A DNA stretch of 64,000 bases from Craspedostauros australis (taxonomy: Eukaryota): assembly GCA_030167865.1 (NCBI GenBank), contig JALAGF010001249.1, positions 1-64,000 on the forward strand. Reading direction: 5' to 3'. The notes under the pieces are model-generated. The model was not told where the DNA came from, ran no database searches, and was given only the letters and a program-made list of their open reading frames with translations. This document shows, in pieces, positions 20,875 through 32,778 of this stretch (positions within the stretch are counted from its first letter, which is position 1; the number at the start of each line of letters is the position of its first letter). The translations under genes and the position numbers were made by a program.

Positions 20875-23070
20875 TCACTCATCCATGGACTCCAGCACAC
20901 CGAGAGCCTCCTGGACATCGAGATCATCCGACACGCGAAACAGCCACGACAGAATATCCGTCGGATCCGACAGCGTCCCCACCTCCTCCCCGAAGGCCCC
21001 GAGCTGATCGTACAACGCCGTCGGCGCGTACTTATCGTCATCTGGCGCGTAGTACGCAATCATGGGAAAGTAGGGCACGTCGACCATATCCTCGCGCATG
21101 GCGGACGTGCCATCCATCTTCCAGACCTCGATCCAGCGTTGCCATCCGAGATACTGCAACAGCTCTGCCAGTTCGTTCCACACGACGGACAGACGCTTGG
21201 AATGGCCGCACGTGGGGGATGTGATCAATGCGAGGACATGCGCCGTCCGACGTTGCGTGGGGAAGGCATTCTGCAGGACGGTGACGCCGTATTCGTTCGT
21301 CGTGGATTGGGCAGGACCGGCGGAAGGCTGCGCCAACGTGCCGCTCCAGAACTGTTGAAAGAAGGCGGCGACATGCGCAGTGCTGAAGTCGTGGTCGAGA
21401 CGATAGCGTCGCAGTTGATTCGTCTGGCGGCGATCGATGATTTGCAGGACGGGCAGGATGGACGGCGGCACCATGTCCTCATCATCATCATCCATGTGAG
21501 AAGTTGCCGCATCTCGCGCCTTGTTGGAACACGCCCATTCATCGATGGGGGACCAGATATCGACATCGAAGGACTTGAGCATGCGCGTATCGGTCGAGGG
21601 CACGACGAGACACACCGCGCCTCGTTGGTGCTGACAGGCATGCCGCAGCGCCTGGATGGCATGACGCGAATCCGATATGGCATCGCGGTTGTGAAAGTCT
21701 ACGAAGAGGACGGCGTGGACCTTGACGCGATCGCGCATGGCGATGGGCGCCGTGCTTTGTCGATCGAGCCACATGACGGATGGCGTGAGGGCGGACAGCA
21801 TGAAGTCGTGCATGCTGGACATGGCGTTGGTTGTGTCAGCGTCGTGACTGGCGGGTGGTTGCCACGTGGACTGCCACTCAAGTCGCTGCGTTTCATCGTT
21901 CACAAGGTATAACCTCAATGTCTTGTCATCATGGCTGTCGCTGTTTTGAGAAACATCATCATTGTTGTCAGCAGGAGCGCAGTTGTAGAGCAAGCCCGTC
22001 AACAGCCTCTGCGTTTGCGACAGGATGGCCGCGAGCTGATCGAATTCGGAGTATTCCGATGGATACGTCGCGCCATGCGATTCGCGACATTGAACGATGA
22101 CGTAGTTGGGATCCTTCGTGGTGGATGCAGCAGTCTGATGATGCGCGTAGGTATCATGATCGCCCATGAGATATCGAATCGCGTCGATCTCCTCTTGTGA
22201 ATAGTGCGGATTGTACGCGATGGGCGTGTTGCGAAACAGGATGCTGCTTTGCGCATCAAAGTGATAGAGCTGCACGTAGCGTCGCAGCTGATGTTCGGAG
22301 TGGAACTGCACCGGAAATGGCACCAAGGTATGTTGCTGCACGTAATCGTACTGCGATGGAGACAGACGCAGCATGCTGTGCAGCAATCCATCCTGCAGCG
22401 CTTGCATGGGACCGGCGTAGTCCGTGATGTTGCTGTTGGCCGAGTCGGTATCGTGGACGCGCACCATCAAGATGGCGGGAACGGCATTGATGCCGAGGCT
22501 TTCTGTGAAGTGGGTGCGCGACGGCATGGTTGCCAGATCGACTTCGAGGAACCATGGGTAGTTGAGGATGTAGTGCCGGTTGGGGAAGTCCTGCATACCA
22601 TTGTCTGCGTTTGCACTCACCGCATGATCGGCCCGAAAGCGAGACACGACGTCGTGGATGGACGCAACCGCCTGCTTCCACCGTCCCAGCATCGCCTGAC
22701 AGGGCTTGCAGGACGGATCATGCACCAGCACCGCGATGAGGTTGGAATGCGAGGGCGACTGCGCAACGCTGACCCGCTCCACGAAGCGCTTCAGATCATC
22801 GAGAGACGAGACGCTGTACGTGCCATCGTGGTTGACGCGCGGTGCTTGCAGATCGTCTTCGCCTGCAGAGTCGGCCTGCTGCTGTTCTTGAGCGGCATCC
22901 GCTGACACAACCGGCAGCAGCAGGAGCGGCAGCAGCAATACCAACAGCAAGAGAAGTGGGGAAGATCGCCTTCGGCTGCCTTTGCGCCATCGCGAGGCTG
23001 CAGTCGCCCTTGATGTTGCGATGAACGGCTCTGTCATGTCGGTCGACTCTGCTGCGTGCTGCAACAACAT
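20875..23070 (-). CDS. Secretory-pathway multi-thioredoxin-fold (PDI-like) protein (~731 aa)
   Basis: Leu-rich signal/anchor ending VSA. First Trx-like domain has CKPC and GINAVPAI; last has CGHS and VPYFPMI. Non-catalytic middle region. Confidence 0.72.
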   Translation of the reverse strand: MLLQHAAESTDMTEPFIATSRATAASRWRKGSRRRSSPLLLLLVLLLPLLLLPVVSADAAQEQQQADSAGEDDLQAPRVNHDGTYSVSSLDDLKRFVERVSVAQSPSHSNLIAVLVHDPSCKPCQAMLGRWKQAVASIHDVVSRFRADHAVSANADNGMQDFPNRHYILNYPWFLEVDLATMPSRTHFTESLGINAVPAILMVRVHDTDSANSNITDYAGPMQALQDGLLHSMLRLSPSQYDYVQQHTLVPFPVQFHSEHQLRRYVQLYHFDAQSSILFRNTPIAYNPHYSQEEIDAIRYLMGDHDTYAHHQTAASTTKDPNYVIVQCRESHGATYPSEYSEFDQLAAILSQTQRLLTGLLYNCAPADNNDDVSQNSDSHDDKTLRLYLVNDETQRLEWQSTWQPPASHDADTTNAMSSMHDFMLSALTPSVMWLDRQSTAPIAMRDRVKVHAVLFVDFHNRDAISDSRHAIQALRHACQHQRGAVCLVVPSTDTRMLKSFDVDIWSPIDEWACSNKARDAATSHMDDDDEDMVPPSILPVLQIIDRRQTNQLRRYRLDHDFSTAHVAAFFQQFWSGTLAQPSAGPAQSTTNEYGVTVLQNAFPTQRRTAHVLALITSPTCGHSKRLSVVWNELAELLQYLGWQRWIEVWKMDGTSAMREDMVDVPYFPMIAYYAPDDDKYAPTALYDQLGAFGEEVGTLSDPTDILSWLFRVSDDLDVQEALGVLESMDE

Positions 23071-23843
23071 GCGCTGGTGAATGGGCGATCAATTACACGA
23101 TCCGTCAATCGATTGGTCTTCGCAGCGATCAGAGAGGTGGCGCAGGTGCGCAAAGTTGTGAGAGTTGTCTTGTGTTGTCAACTGTTCGCACCCAACAAGG
23201 CATTCGTAGTTGTGCACAACAGACAACGAGCAAGAACGCGCTGTACAAAATCTCGCGCGCTTTTGCTAAAGTTTGGGACCACAAGCAATCGCGGCCGCAA
23301 CAAGATGCACAGAACAACCAGCTGCACACTAATGGGCGACATTCATACTCTGGTGGATTAAAATTGGTGGCTAATGTTGTTATTGTAGTGAATTGTGTTA
23401 AAAACTGGAATGTCCTTGTATGAAAATCAAGGCCATCCCAAAAACTGTGATTACTTCTGTGGATGCTCTTCTTGTCGTTGATGGCGTCGTTGTCTGTGAT
23501 GCTCGTTGTCGCTGGCGCGTGTGATTGATGAGCCTCTTCTCGTGGTTTCAAAATGTCAGGCAGAGGAACACACTCGCACTTGGATGTGCGTTCCTCATGC
23601 CCATGTCGTTGTGATGGTTGGCAAGCCCGTGTGTGTGGCTGTGTTAGTGGATTCGTTGATGTTGTTGCTGATCTTGATGTTGGTACATGGGTGCTGATGC
23701 TTCCTACGTTGTCAGGCTTGTGGCTTCCTGTCTCACGTCTTCAAAATTGGGGTTCAGCGTGGACGCAATCACAAGAGGCAAGCAGAGCATCGTGATTGCT
23801 GCTGCTGCATCGTGAAAGCGTTCCACGATCGTGCCATTTTTGT

Positions 23844-25028
23844 TCAACGGAAACGGAGGCCCGCCTCATCCTCGTAGACGCCCTGGCAGCGCACTCCCTC
23901 GCCCCAGTAGCGCTTGCCGCCACCGGCTGGCGACTTGCGGAGGCGGAGGACCTTGATCTTGTGGCGCACGTCTTCGGGGATGTGCTTGCAGTGCTCCACG
24001 AGGTGGAAGGCGCTGAGGTTCTGGGCGGCCTGGTAGATGCGGTCGAGCTTGGTGGGGAAGTACATGCATCCGCGCTGGCGCTGGCGAGGTGGGATGCAGG
24101 TGCAGTGCCGGCAACGAATGCCGACCTGTCCTTCCACAACCTGCTTGTTGCGGCCCTGGACGCTGCTGTTGGCCTCCTCGAAGTCAGCATCGAACAGCTC
24201 GATCTGCTTGCGGATGAGGCACTGGTACTCCGAGAGCGAGTCTTCGTCGCACTCCATGAACAGCGGGACTGGTTCGCGCTTCTTGTTGTGCTGCACCATC
24301 ACGCCACCCATGGCAGTCTGCGAAGCCTGGGATGCGGCGAAGCTAGCGTTGGCAAGTCTGGCTGCCATGAAGGCCTGGTTGCGGAGGTAGGCGGCCGCGA
24401 CTGCGTTCGCTGATGGAGCTGCGTTGGCTGTGGTGAAGGCGTTGGTAAGAGCGGCCGATGCTGCGTTGGTGTTGGCGCGGGCACGGGCGTTCATGAGCCT
24501 CACCAGATCGAGCTGCTGCTCGAGGGTGGCGCCTGGCAGAGCCTTGGCGAGGATGGCGGAGGAGGTGGATGGCGTGTCCGAAGCGACCGATGCTCCGCTT
24601 GCGTTTGCGCCCGCACTCCTGGTGAGGGAGGGGGCGAACAGGGTCGGAGATGTGGATCTCAGTGCCTGCAGGGCGGTGGCCTGGCGCAACGCGAGGAGCT
24701 GGTTCTCGGCAGAGGAGGCCTTGGAGACCAGAAGGAGCTGCGCAAGAGCCGCAGTTCTGCTGTTGCCGCTGGCCAACAAGGCCAGCGACAGCATGTTCTG
24801 GTCGGCCTGGGAGGAGTTGGTGAGGCCGAAGCTGGACCCGGCGGAGACTCCGAGGGACTGGCTTGTTGGGGTGATCTGCGCGGGCAACGCGAAGGGGGTC
24901 TGCTGCGCGATCAAGGGCGGGGAAGCAAGTGTCTTCTGAAGAGGAGATCCAATGGGCGACACGCTGTGCACAAACTGCTGTCCTCGCAGCTGTGCGATCA
25001 AGGGCGAGTTATCGACGCTGGCGACCAT
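23844..25028 (-). CDS. Uncharacterised protein: Ala/Leu/Ser-rich N-region + C-terminal Cys/His domain (394 aa)
   Basis: Single ORF with strong codon bias. Ordered C-domain LSEYQCLIRKQIELF..GQVGIRCRHC..YFP..HLVEHCKHIP..GGGKRYW..GLRF. Confidence 0.85.
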   Translation of the reverse strand: MVASVDNSPLIAQLRGQQFVHSVSPIGSPLQKTLASPPLIAQQTPFALPAQITPTSQSLGVSAGSSFGLTNSSQADQNMLSLALLASGNSRTAALAQLLLVSKASSAENQLLALRQATALQALRSTSPTLFAPSLTRSAGANASGASVASDTPSTSSAILAKALPGATLEQQLDLVRLMNARARANTNAASAALTNAFTTANAAPSANAVAAAYLRNQAFMAARLANASFAASQASQTAMGGVMVQHNKKREPVPLFMECDEDSLSEYQCLIRKQIELFDADFEEANSSVQGRNKQVVEGQVGIRCRHCTCIPPRQRQRGCMYFPTKLDRIYQAAQNLSAFHLVEHCKHIPEDVRHKIKVLRLRKSPAGGGKRYWGEGVRCQGVYEDEAGLRFR

Positions 25029-25661
25029 CTTGAAAGTATCTGGGTTTTTGAGAAGAAGCGAATTTGGTCTAGATTGGTTGGGTGTAGTTTGGTCTGGCGT
25101 GCTGGGGGCGTGGTTTCGCGAGGGATGGGGAGACGAGTGGCAGTGACGGATCTGTTGTCGGACGGCGGAGAGGATGGGCTGGTTGAAAACGGGTGGTGAA
25201 AACTGTAGCTTTCGCTGTGGGTGGGGTTGGTGGTGATGATGGCTGTTGCAAAAACTGGATATGGAATCAACTCAACTCTGAACGCACTATTCGTAACACA
25301 ATCTCTTCAAAAATGGGACGCAAACAAAAAGTCCCTTGAGGTTGTGTATGAACGTGCGGTAAACAAAATTGGTTGGTTGCTGTTGTGGGAAGATCAGACC
25401 ATGCGATGTTGGTGTTTGGTTAGATAGTCAGCCTCGTTGGGTTGCTGCTGGCTTGTCTGTGTTGGTTGGGGTTGGTGGTGTCGATGGTGTTGATCGTCCT
25501 CAATTGCGATGTGTTTCCGTATCCGTTTTCGTTGTTGGTGTTGGTGTTGGTGTTGCCGTCTCTCGTCCGTGCCTTTCGCTTTCCCTTGCGTTGGGTGAAT
25601 TTTATGAAGCAACCATGGAGCAAAAAAGCACAATGAAAGGAACTGCAACAAATCCAACGTT

Positions 25662-25735
25662 CACAACACAACACGACACAACACGACACAACACGACACA
25701 ACACGACACAACACGACACAACACAACACAACACA
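25662..25735. repeat. Tandem pentamers ACACA/ACACG alternating as a 10-bp unit (ACACGACACA)5
   Basis: Directly visible in the divergent intergenic region. Confidence 0.92.
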
Positions 25736-26761
25736 ATGCACACAAGGTAAACGTCGTGGTGCCTCTGGCGTATTCCTGCTCGTGCAACAGGTAGCGGAAA
25801 ACAAAGAATACCGAGCAGCACGCGCGATACTCCAAACAGAGAAGCAACGCACTAACTTCACGAACCAGGCCAGACATCCAGCATTTCAGCAGCCAGCAGC
25901 CACACCCGCACGCGAAGTACCGAATGCTACGAGGCACACGTGGCGGCGTTTCTGCGCCACGCCGTTCAAAAGCCTACCAGACCTCACGTGGAACACGAGA
26001 CATCAAGTCCGCATTAAACGGGATGGTGTCAGGAGAGCATCCGCTTCCCAACCTTTGCTCCGAGTTTTTGCGGTTTTGGACCAATCCACGCAACCACGAG
26101 GAAAGCGATGCAACGTGACGAATGACCACGTATCTCCAAATATCGATGTATTCGTGGAAGTGCCAGGCATGTTGTGTCAGTCAATATTTTTAGCCGGTTT
26201 TGCGCAAGAGTGATGTGTTAGAGCGCGATGAACGAAGGGCCCCAAACGCCTCTCAGGCAATACAATAAGCTTCAAACAGCATTTATAATCGCATCGCATG
26301 ACCGCATAAGCGATGTTCACGAGTGTCATCCCGATGTTCTGTTTGTGTCGACAACGCTTCTGGAGTTACTTCTCGGTATAATTAATACCATTCACGATCT
26401 GAATTCTTCCGCGAAACGGTACTCCACAGCGCTCAACTCTCTCTTCTTGACTCGTTTGACTACACTGAAGGTCTGACTTCATATCTATATGCAGGCGTGA
26501 ATAAATGAGAATGCACTCGTTTTCAAATCGAGAACCCACAAAGAACCATCAACGAAATCGCATTGCGACCACAATTTGAAGCAAATCGACGCCGACACCA
26601 CCAAACCAAACAGCAACATCAACACATTCTCATCAGCACCACAACACCATCATCATCAACAGCACAACATCTCCCACAGAGCCGCTTCGGAGCATTCGTA
26701 TCATACCATTCCCAATTGCCAACACTCATCCTTCGACCGCATCGAAACTCTTTTCCCAACC

Positions 26762-29700
26762 ATGAGAGTGCAACAGGCTCTCGAGAAGCTGCTGCAGCAG
26801 CAGTTCGAGGCTCATCAGGTGGATCGCAAGTCGACGGCGACGCGATCAAGCACCATCCGCAAGAAGATCAAGGCGCTCGAACTCAACCATGCCATGCAGG
26901 GCATGAGGTTGCAGAAGGGCGCCTCATCTAGCAACAGCAATGGCAATAGCGACGACGATGGCAATGATATTCATGAGATCGTGGCCTCCATCTTGACGCG
27001 ATACGTGGATACCATCATGGCCGTGCCGGTCAAGGCCGACAATCAGAAGGTCATGCAGCGCATCATGGATTTGCTGGCCTGCGTGGCAACCACTTACGCG
27101 GAGGCGACGGATGCGGTGGTTGCGCGTGCGACCGAATTCTCCACCGTCCTGCTGGAGCGTGTGCGAGCCCAGGCGTGTCAGCTGCTGGGCATGCTCTGCA
27201 AGCATCTCGCGCAGAATGTGCAGGACGATCACAAAGGAGGAGCCAGCGATGAGTCGAGCGAATGGATGCACGAGAGTCTCGACGACATGAAGGCCACGCT
27301 CGTGGACAGGCTCACCGACAAGAGCCAATCCGTGCGTTGCGCCGCAATCAAGGCCACCGGTCACTGCTTCTCTGCGCCATCTTCGTGGTCTGCAGATGAC
27401 AACGACCATGATTGTGGTGACGATGATGATAGTTGTGATGACACAGATATGAACGAAGAGAAAGACGGCGAGGAGAAGGATGAGCTGCTCGAGGCTTTGA
27501 CGTGGAGCGTGTGGCATGACCCCTCCATCACCAACCGTGTCGCTGCCTTGGCTGCACTCCCGATCACGCAGGAAACCTTGGATCACATCATCGTGCGCAT
27601 CCGCGATGTGAAAATGAAGGTCCGAATCCAAGCCCTCGACGTCCTGCGAACCAACGTGCAATCCATCTCCGATCTGTCCAAGGACCAGCTGGCGGACATC
27701 GTACGCTCCGGTCTCTCTACGAGGTACGTACGACTGTGTGAATCTGCTTGGATTGCTATGCTTGCATTACTGTGGCTGTCTGTGCCAGCTGCATTAAGTT
27801 ACTCCCGTGGATGCAGGAAGCATGCGCAAACTACCAAGCCAGCAAGTGCACGAATCGTCCCATGGCTTGCAGTCTCTTGGTCGGTGAAAGGGTCGCACGC
27901 AACATGATATCCTTGCCATGTTCTTACAACCTCAACGCGAATAACATTGCACAACTTCACTGCACCCCCTTCTCCATTTCCTTGTTTGAACAGATGTGAA
28001 GATACGAAGAAGGCAACGGCAAAGTTGATCTGCGAGCATTGGATGAAGAGCTGCCAATTCGACCCCATCCTGCTGCTGCGCAACTTCGATGTGATCGAGC
28101 ACGAAGACGAATGCGAGAAGGTGATCAAGATCGTGGTGGAGGCGTCGAAGGAATCAGAATCGGATGCGTTGGAGAATTTGAGCGATCCGGAGATCCGTTC
28201 GTTCTGCTCCTGCATCGAACCGTCTATCCGACCCATCGATTCCGTTGACGGGATCTGCGATCCCACCACGCTCCTATTTGCTCGCGTGGTGCTGTCGGCA
28301 ATGTCCGAAGGAGAGGCGGTACCGTCGCATGAGCGCGAAAGGATGATCGCCAAGCTCGTGCCAGACATTCCCATTCTGTGCGAGGTGTACGGCATCCACT
28401 CCAAGTGGCTCATGGAGGCCATCGCAAGCCAGGATGCTCAGCAGGAGGAGAAGATGACCTTCATCTGCTTGCAGCTGCTGCATGTGTCCAAGATGACCGG
28501 TCTGCAAGAAGAGGGCAGCCGCCGTCACTTCTCCAAGGTGATGAAGAGCATGCTGAGCTCCATCACGACGCCCGACGATCTGGTCGAAGGCAGCATCGAA
28601 GCTCTGCGCGTTGCGTATGGTGACGACAAGGCGTTCATGGACATCATCAAGCAGATCATCTCCTCGATTCAAGAGAATCAGACCGAGATGGAAGGCCAAG
28701 ACGATCAGGAGGGCACCATCGACATTTCGTGCACGGTTCGCATCCTATCCATCTTCGCGATCGTGTTGGAGAACGCCTCCGCCCGTCTTGCGACTCCCGC
28801 ATTCATCAAGGATGCTTCCGAGCATGTGATACCTGCCGTGAGTCACGACAACGACTTGGTCCGAGAAGCCGCAATCAGCTGCCTTGGCAAGCTCGGCATG
28901 CTGACTGACGAACGCACCCTGCTCAATGACTTCCGCCCCATCCTCCTGCAGGTGGCACATGACGAGAAGGAAACGCTGGAAATTCGAAGTCAGGCATTGC
29001 TGGCCCTGTCGGACTGGACCATGCTGTTCCAGGACGTGATGGAAGCTTACGAGACCGCAAACGGCAAGACGGTGAGTTTGATGGACATCATCAACACGAT
29101 GATCCAGCATTCATCCAAAGCCGTCGTTGCCATCGCCGCCGAAGTGGTCGCCAAACTCCATTTCGTGGGACGGTTCTGCGACAGCTCGCTGCTCGCCAAG
29201 CTGGTCGCGCTGTACTTCGATCCGACCATGCTGCAAGATGGTGGCGATGATGCGGAAACCGGCAGCAACGGTGCCTCGAAGGAGGTCGGAAGCCCCGTGC
29301 GATTGCAGCAGATGCTGAGCCTGTTCTTCCCCGCGTACTGCTTGAAATCGAGCGACGGACGCGATGCCTTCCTGGAATGCATCGAGGAAGCCTTGGCCAT
29401 CACAGTGAACCGACCGAAGCCGAAGGCATCAAGGGGCAAGAAGAATGCTGGGCGTGCGAAGAGGACATCGACCGCTTTGCCTTTGCCTCGCATCGTCGAC
29501 TTCGTCTGGTCCATCGTCGAGAGCAGCGAAGCCAGTGCCGATGCGGAGCGCTCCTGCAGCATCGATCTGCGTGTTTTGCTGCAAGTCGCTGCGTTCCTCA
29601 ACAGACCGGATGCAACGATGACCGTCACGAATCTGCGAAGTCTGTGCAAGCTGATCGGCGATCAGGATCTGGACTTGGAGGCTGAAGAGACGCGGCACTT

Positions 29701-29980
29701 GGTGCGCCTGAGAGATGCCATGGAAGATCTCGGAGCCGTCGTGGAAGATCCCACTGCACTCAAGCATCTCGAACGCATGCATGACCTGTTGGAAGAAATC
29801 GAGGAAGACGACATCGAAGACGAAGTTGTGGACGATGGATCAGAGACGGAGACGGAAGATGAAGGCGACGATGATCTTTGTGACAAGGAGAATGAGACAT
29901 CAGCAGTTGTGGGCAAGAACAAGCCCCATCGTGCGCGTCGCGGCGCGTTGGGGAATGCCAACCATGAATGTCTGTACTAA
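26762..29980 (+). CDS. NCAPG: Condensin I HEAT subunit CAP-G/Cnd3/Ycg1 (~982 aa; exons 26762-27723, 27994-29980)
   Basis: HEAT motifs RLTDKSQSVRCAAI, HDPSITNRVAAL, RIRDVKMKVR, VREAAISCLG and LQQMLSLFFPAYC match the CAP-G pattern. Intron GTACGT..CAG keeps frame (ST R|CED). Confidence 0.82.
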
Positions 29981-30466
29981 ATATGTAGTATCATGTGTGA
30001 CATCTCCTCCATGGAATACCGTGTTTGAGAACGGCATCAACAAGAATTCGATCGCCAAAGAAGGAAGAGCTACTCGATGAATATGATTGGGTAAAGAAGA
30101 TATGATCAATCGAGTCAAGTGATAGGTTAAATCCCGGTGTGCTTGACATTTGCGTGCCTTTGTTGACACCATTCGTGACTGAGTCAACTGCCAACCGTGA
30201 CGCCATCAAGATGTTTGGTCATCACAGACAAGCGACGTGGTTTCTGTGGGTTGATTGATTGATGGGTGATCGTGGATGATCATCAGTGGAGTGAGGAAAG
30301 GATCTCTTTCGTCTCATAGTCCCAAAGCAGGTGGCGATACTGATTGGGCTTGGACTTCGAGTGCGTGTTGTGCTCTCCCATCATAATACTGCATTGTGTT
30401 ACATTGCATTGCATCCAACAAGTGAGTGCGCAGGTGCGGAGGCATTGCATCACATCACATCACAGC

Positions 30467-32326
30467 ATGACGTTCCTGTCCATGGGAAAAGATACCTACA
30501 GGGTCCCGCTGGAGCTATTCCAGGAGAACCGAGCGAGGCTGGTGAAAGAGCTGGAGGCCACGCAAGCCCCGGCTGGTTCCGTCATCTTCCTGCGCGGCGG
30601 AGTGTCCCTGCTGCGCAACGACTCCGATCACGAGCCCCTGTTTCGGCAGGAGTCCTACTTCTGGTGGCTGATGGGCGTCAAGGAGCCGGACTGCGCCTGC
30701 ATGATCCAGCTCGCCACGGGCCGCACCACGCTCTTCGTTCCCAACCTGCCTGCGGAGTACGCCACCATCATGGGACCCTTGCGGACGTGCGAGCAATGGA
30801 AGGACCTGTATCAGGTGGACGACGTACTCTACACCGATGATGTGGATGTCACGCTCGAGGCCGCGATCCAGTCGCCCACCAACGGATCGTCTCCCAAGGT
30901 GCTCGTGCTGCGTGGCACCAACTCGGACTCCGGGAATCAGTACCAACCGCCCTCGTTTGAATCGGAAGCGGTCACAAAGTCGCTGGATGAGGCCATTCTC
31001 TTTCCCATCTTCGCGGAATGCCGCGTCATCAAGAGCCCCAAGGAGCTCGTGCTGCTGCAGCAGACCGCGCGCATCACGTCATTCGCCCACGCCTACGTCA
31101 TGCGCAACACCAAGCCGGGCATGATGGAGTACCAATGCGAGAGTCTCTTCCAGCATTACGCATACTACAACTACGGATCGCGGCTTGTCGCCTACACCTC
31201 CATCTGCGGTTGTGGACCCAACGCCGCCGTCCTGCATTACGGTCACGCAGGCGAACCCAACTCGCGACAGCTGGCGGAGCATGACAACTGCCTGTTCGAC
31301 ATGGGCGCCGAGTACATGTGCTACGCCTCCGACATCACCTGCAGCTTTCCTGCTAATGGAAAATTCACTGACAAGTACAGACCCATCTACCAGGCCGTGC
31401 TGGACGCCCAGATCGCCGTGTACAACATGGTGCGCCCTGGCACTTCGTGGGTGGATTGTCACAAGGCCGCCGAGGCTGAGATTCTCAAGGCCCTGCAGGT
31501 GGTGGGCATCGTTAAGGTTCCGGCGGGAACCTCCATCATGCAGCTCGTGGAACAGCGGTTGGGGGCGGTCTTCATGCCGCACGGGATGGGGCATTTCATC
31601 GGTATTGATTGTCATGATGGTACGTGCGTGCTTGTGTGTGCATGCGTGCATGCATGCATGTATGTATGTGGTGTCGTTTGGGCATAATGTGGGGATTTGC
31701 ATGTATGCGTGCATGTGCCTATCCTTGCGTGCAAGCGTGCGTGCATGCATGTATGCGTACTGTTGAAGAATATACACGGCTGTATCCTTGTTCAAAAGAG
31801 GTGCAAAGCAAACGTATGGAGTACGCTGGATTGACTCACAACTCTCTTCCATTTTCATCTCCCATTTTCGTCCCCGCTTTCATCCATCCACATGCACATG
31901 TACATCCACGCAAATGCCTCAACAGTCGGCGGATACCTCCCAGGACACCAGGAACGGATCATGCAGCCGGGACTGCGGTCGTTGCGAACGGCTCGGATCC
32001 TGCAGAAGAACATGGTGCTGACCGTCGAACCTGGATGCTATTTCATCGACCACCTCTTGGATGGCGCGCTGGCTGGACCGCTGGGAGCCTATCTCAACGC
32101 GGACCTCCTCAAGGAGTACCGAGGGTACGGAGGCGTGCGGCTGGAGGACATGATCGTCGTCACGGACGAGGGATGCATTAACTACTCCTTCTGTCCACGC
32201 ACCGTGGAGGAGGTAGAGCTTGTCGTGGGCGGTGGCAAATGGCCGCCGCTTGTGGACAAGGCACCGGAGCTGCGGCGGCAGGGACTCTGCGATCCCGTCC
32301 CAATCGGGCCACCGCCGTCTCTTTGA
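30467..32326 (+). CDS. PEPD: Xaa-Pro dipeptidase (prolidase, M24B; ~517 aa; exons 30467-31619, 31926-32326)
   Basis: Motifs [61 protein letters not shown]. Intron GTACGT..CAG is phase 1. Confidence 0.95.
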
Positions 32327-32778
32327 ACATACAGATTGGACGAATCATTGGAGAGATTCTGCCAATGGCCCATTTTGAGTATGTAGCTATATGATTAGAT
32401 TTTGTGACTCTTGTTCAAATGATCGCTACGGACAAGGATCGTGTGCAATTCAAGACTACACGACGCTCTTTGACAAGTTGCATGATTGGCGATCGAAGAT
32501 TCAAGTGGTGTGACCATGCCATGGCGCACTAATCAATAATCGAGCTTCCCTTCACTGCGACCAAGCCGAGCCGTGAACATTCGTGCCCTCTTTCTTCCTT
32601 GTTTGCGGGCGTCCGCAGTGCAAAGTCAAAAGCCACTCGTAACATGAACCAGCGCCAGCACAATGCGGCCGTGGCATCCATCAAATGCTTTGCTGGACAT
32701 TCGCAGCATACATAAACCTGGTATCAGGCGAGTATCAGAGGAGTCTTCGATAGCCGTGTAGCGCTGTCGATGTACAAA

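Noticed and set aside
20866-20880. Stop-codon readthrough giving a DEL-like ER signal on the PDI-like protein (..D-E-stop-L-V-stop)
   Set aside because: Readthrough would not yield a terminal DEL, and nothing else supports it.
25662-25735. Possible CRISPR-like array
   Set aside because: Contiguous 5/10-bp units with no spacers and no cas genes, in a eukaryotic context.
26576-26761. ORF-track N-terminal extension of CAP-G from a TTG start (likewise non-ATG starts at 4898, 15505, 30344, 47600)
   Set aside because: Eukaryotic genes: the first suitable ATG was used, and the extensions look like CA-rich 5' UTR.
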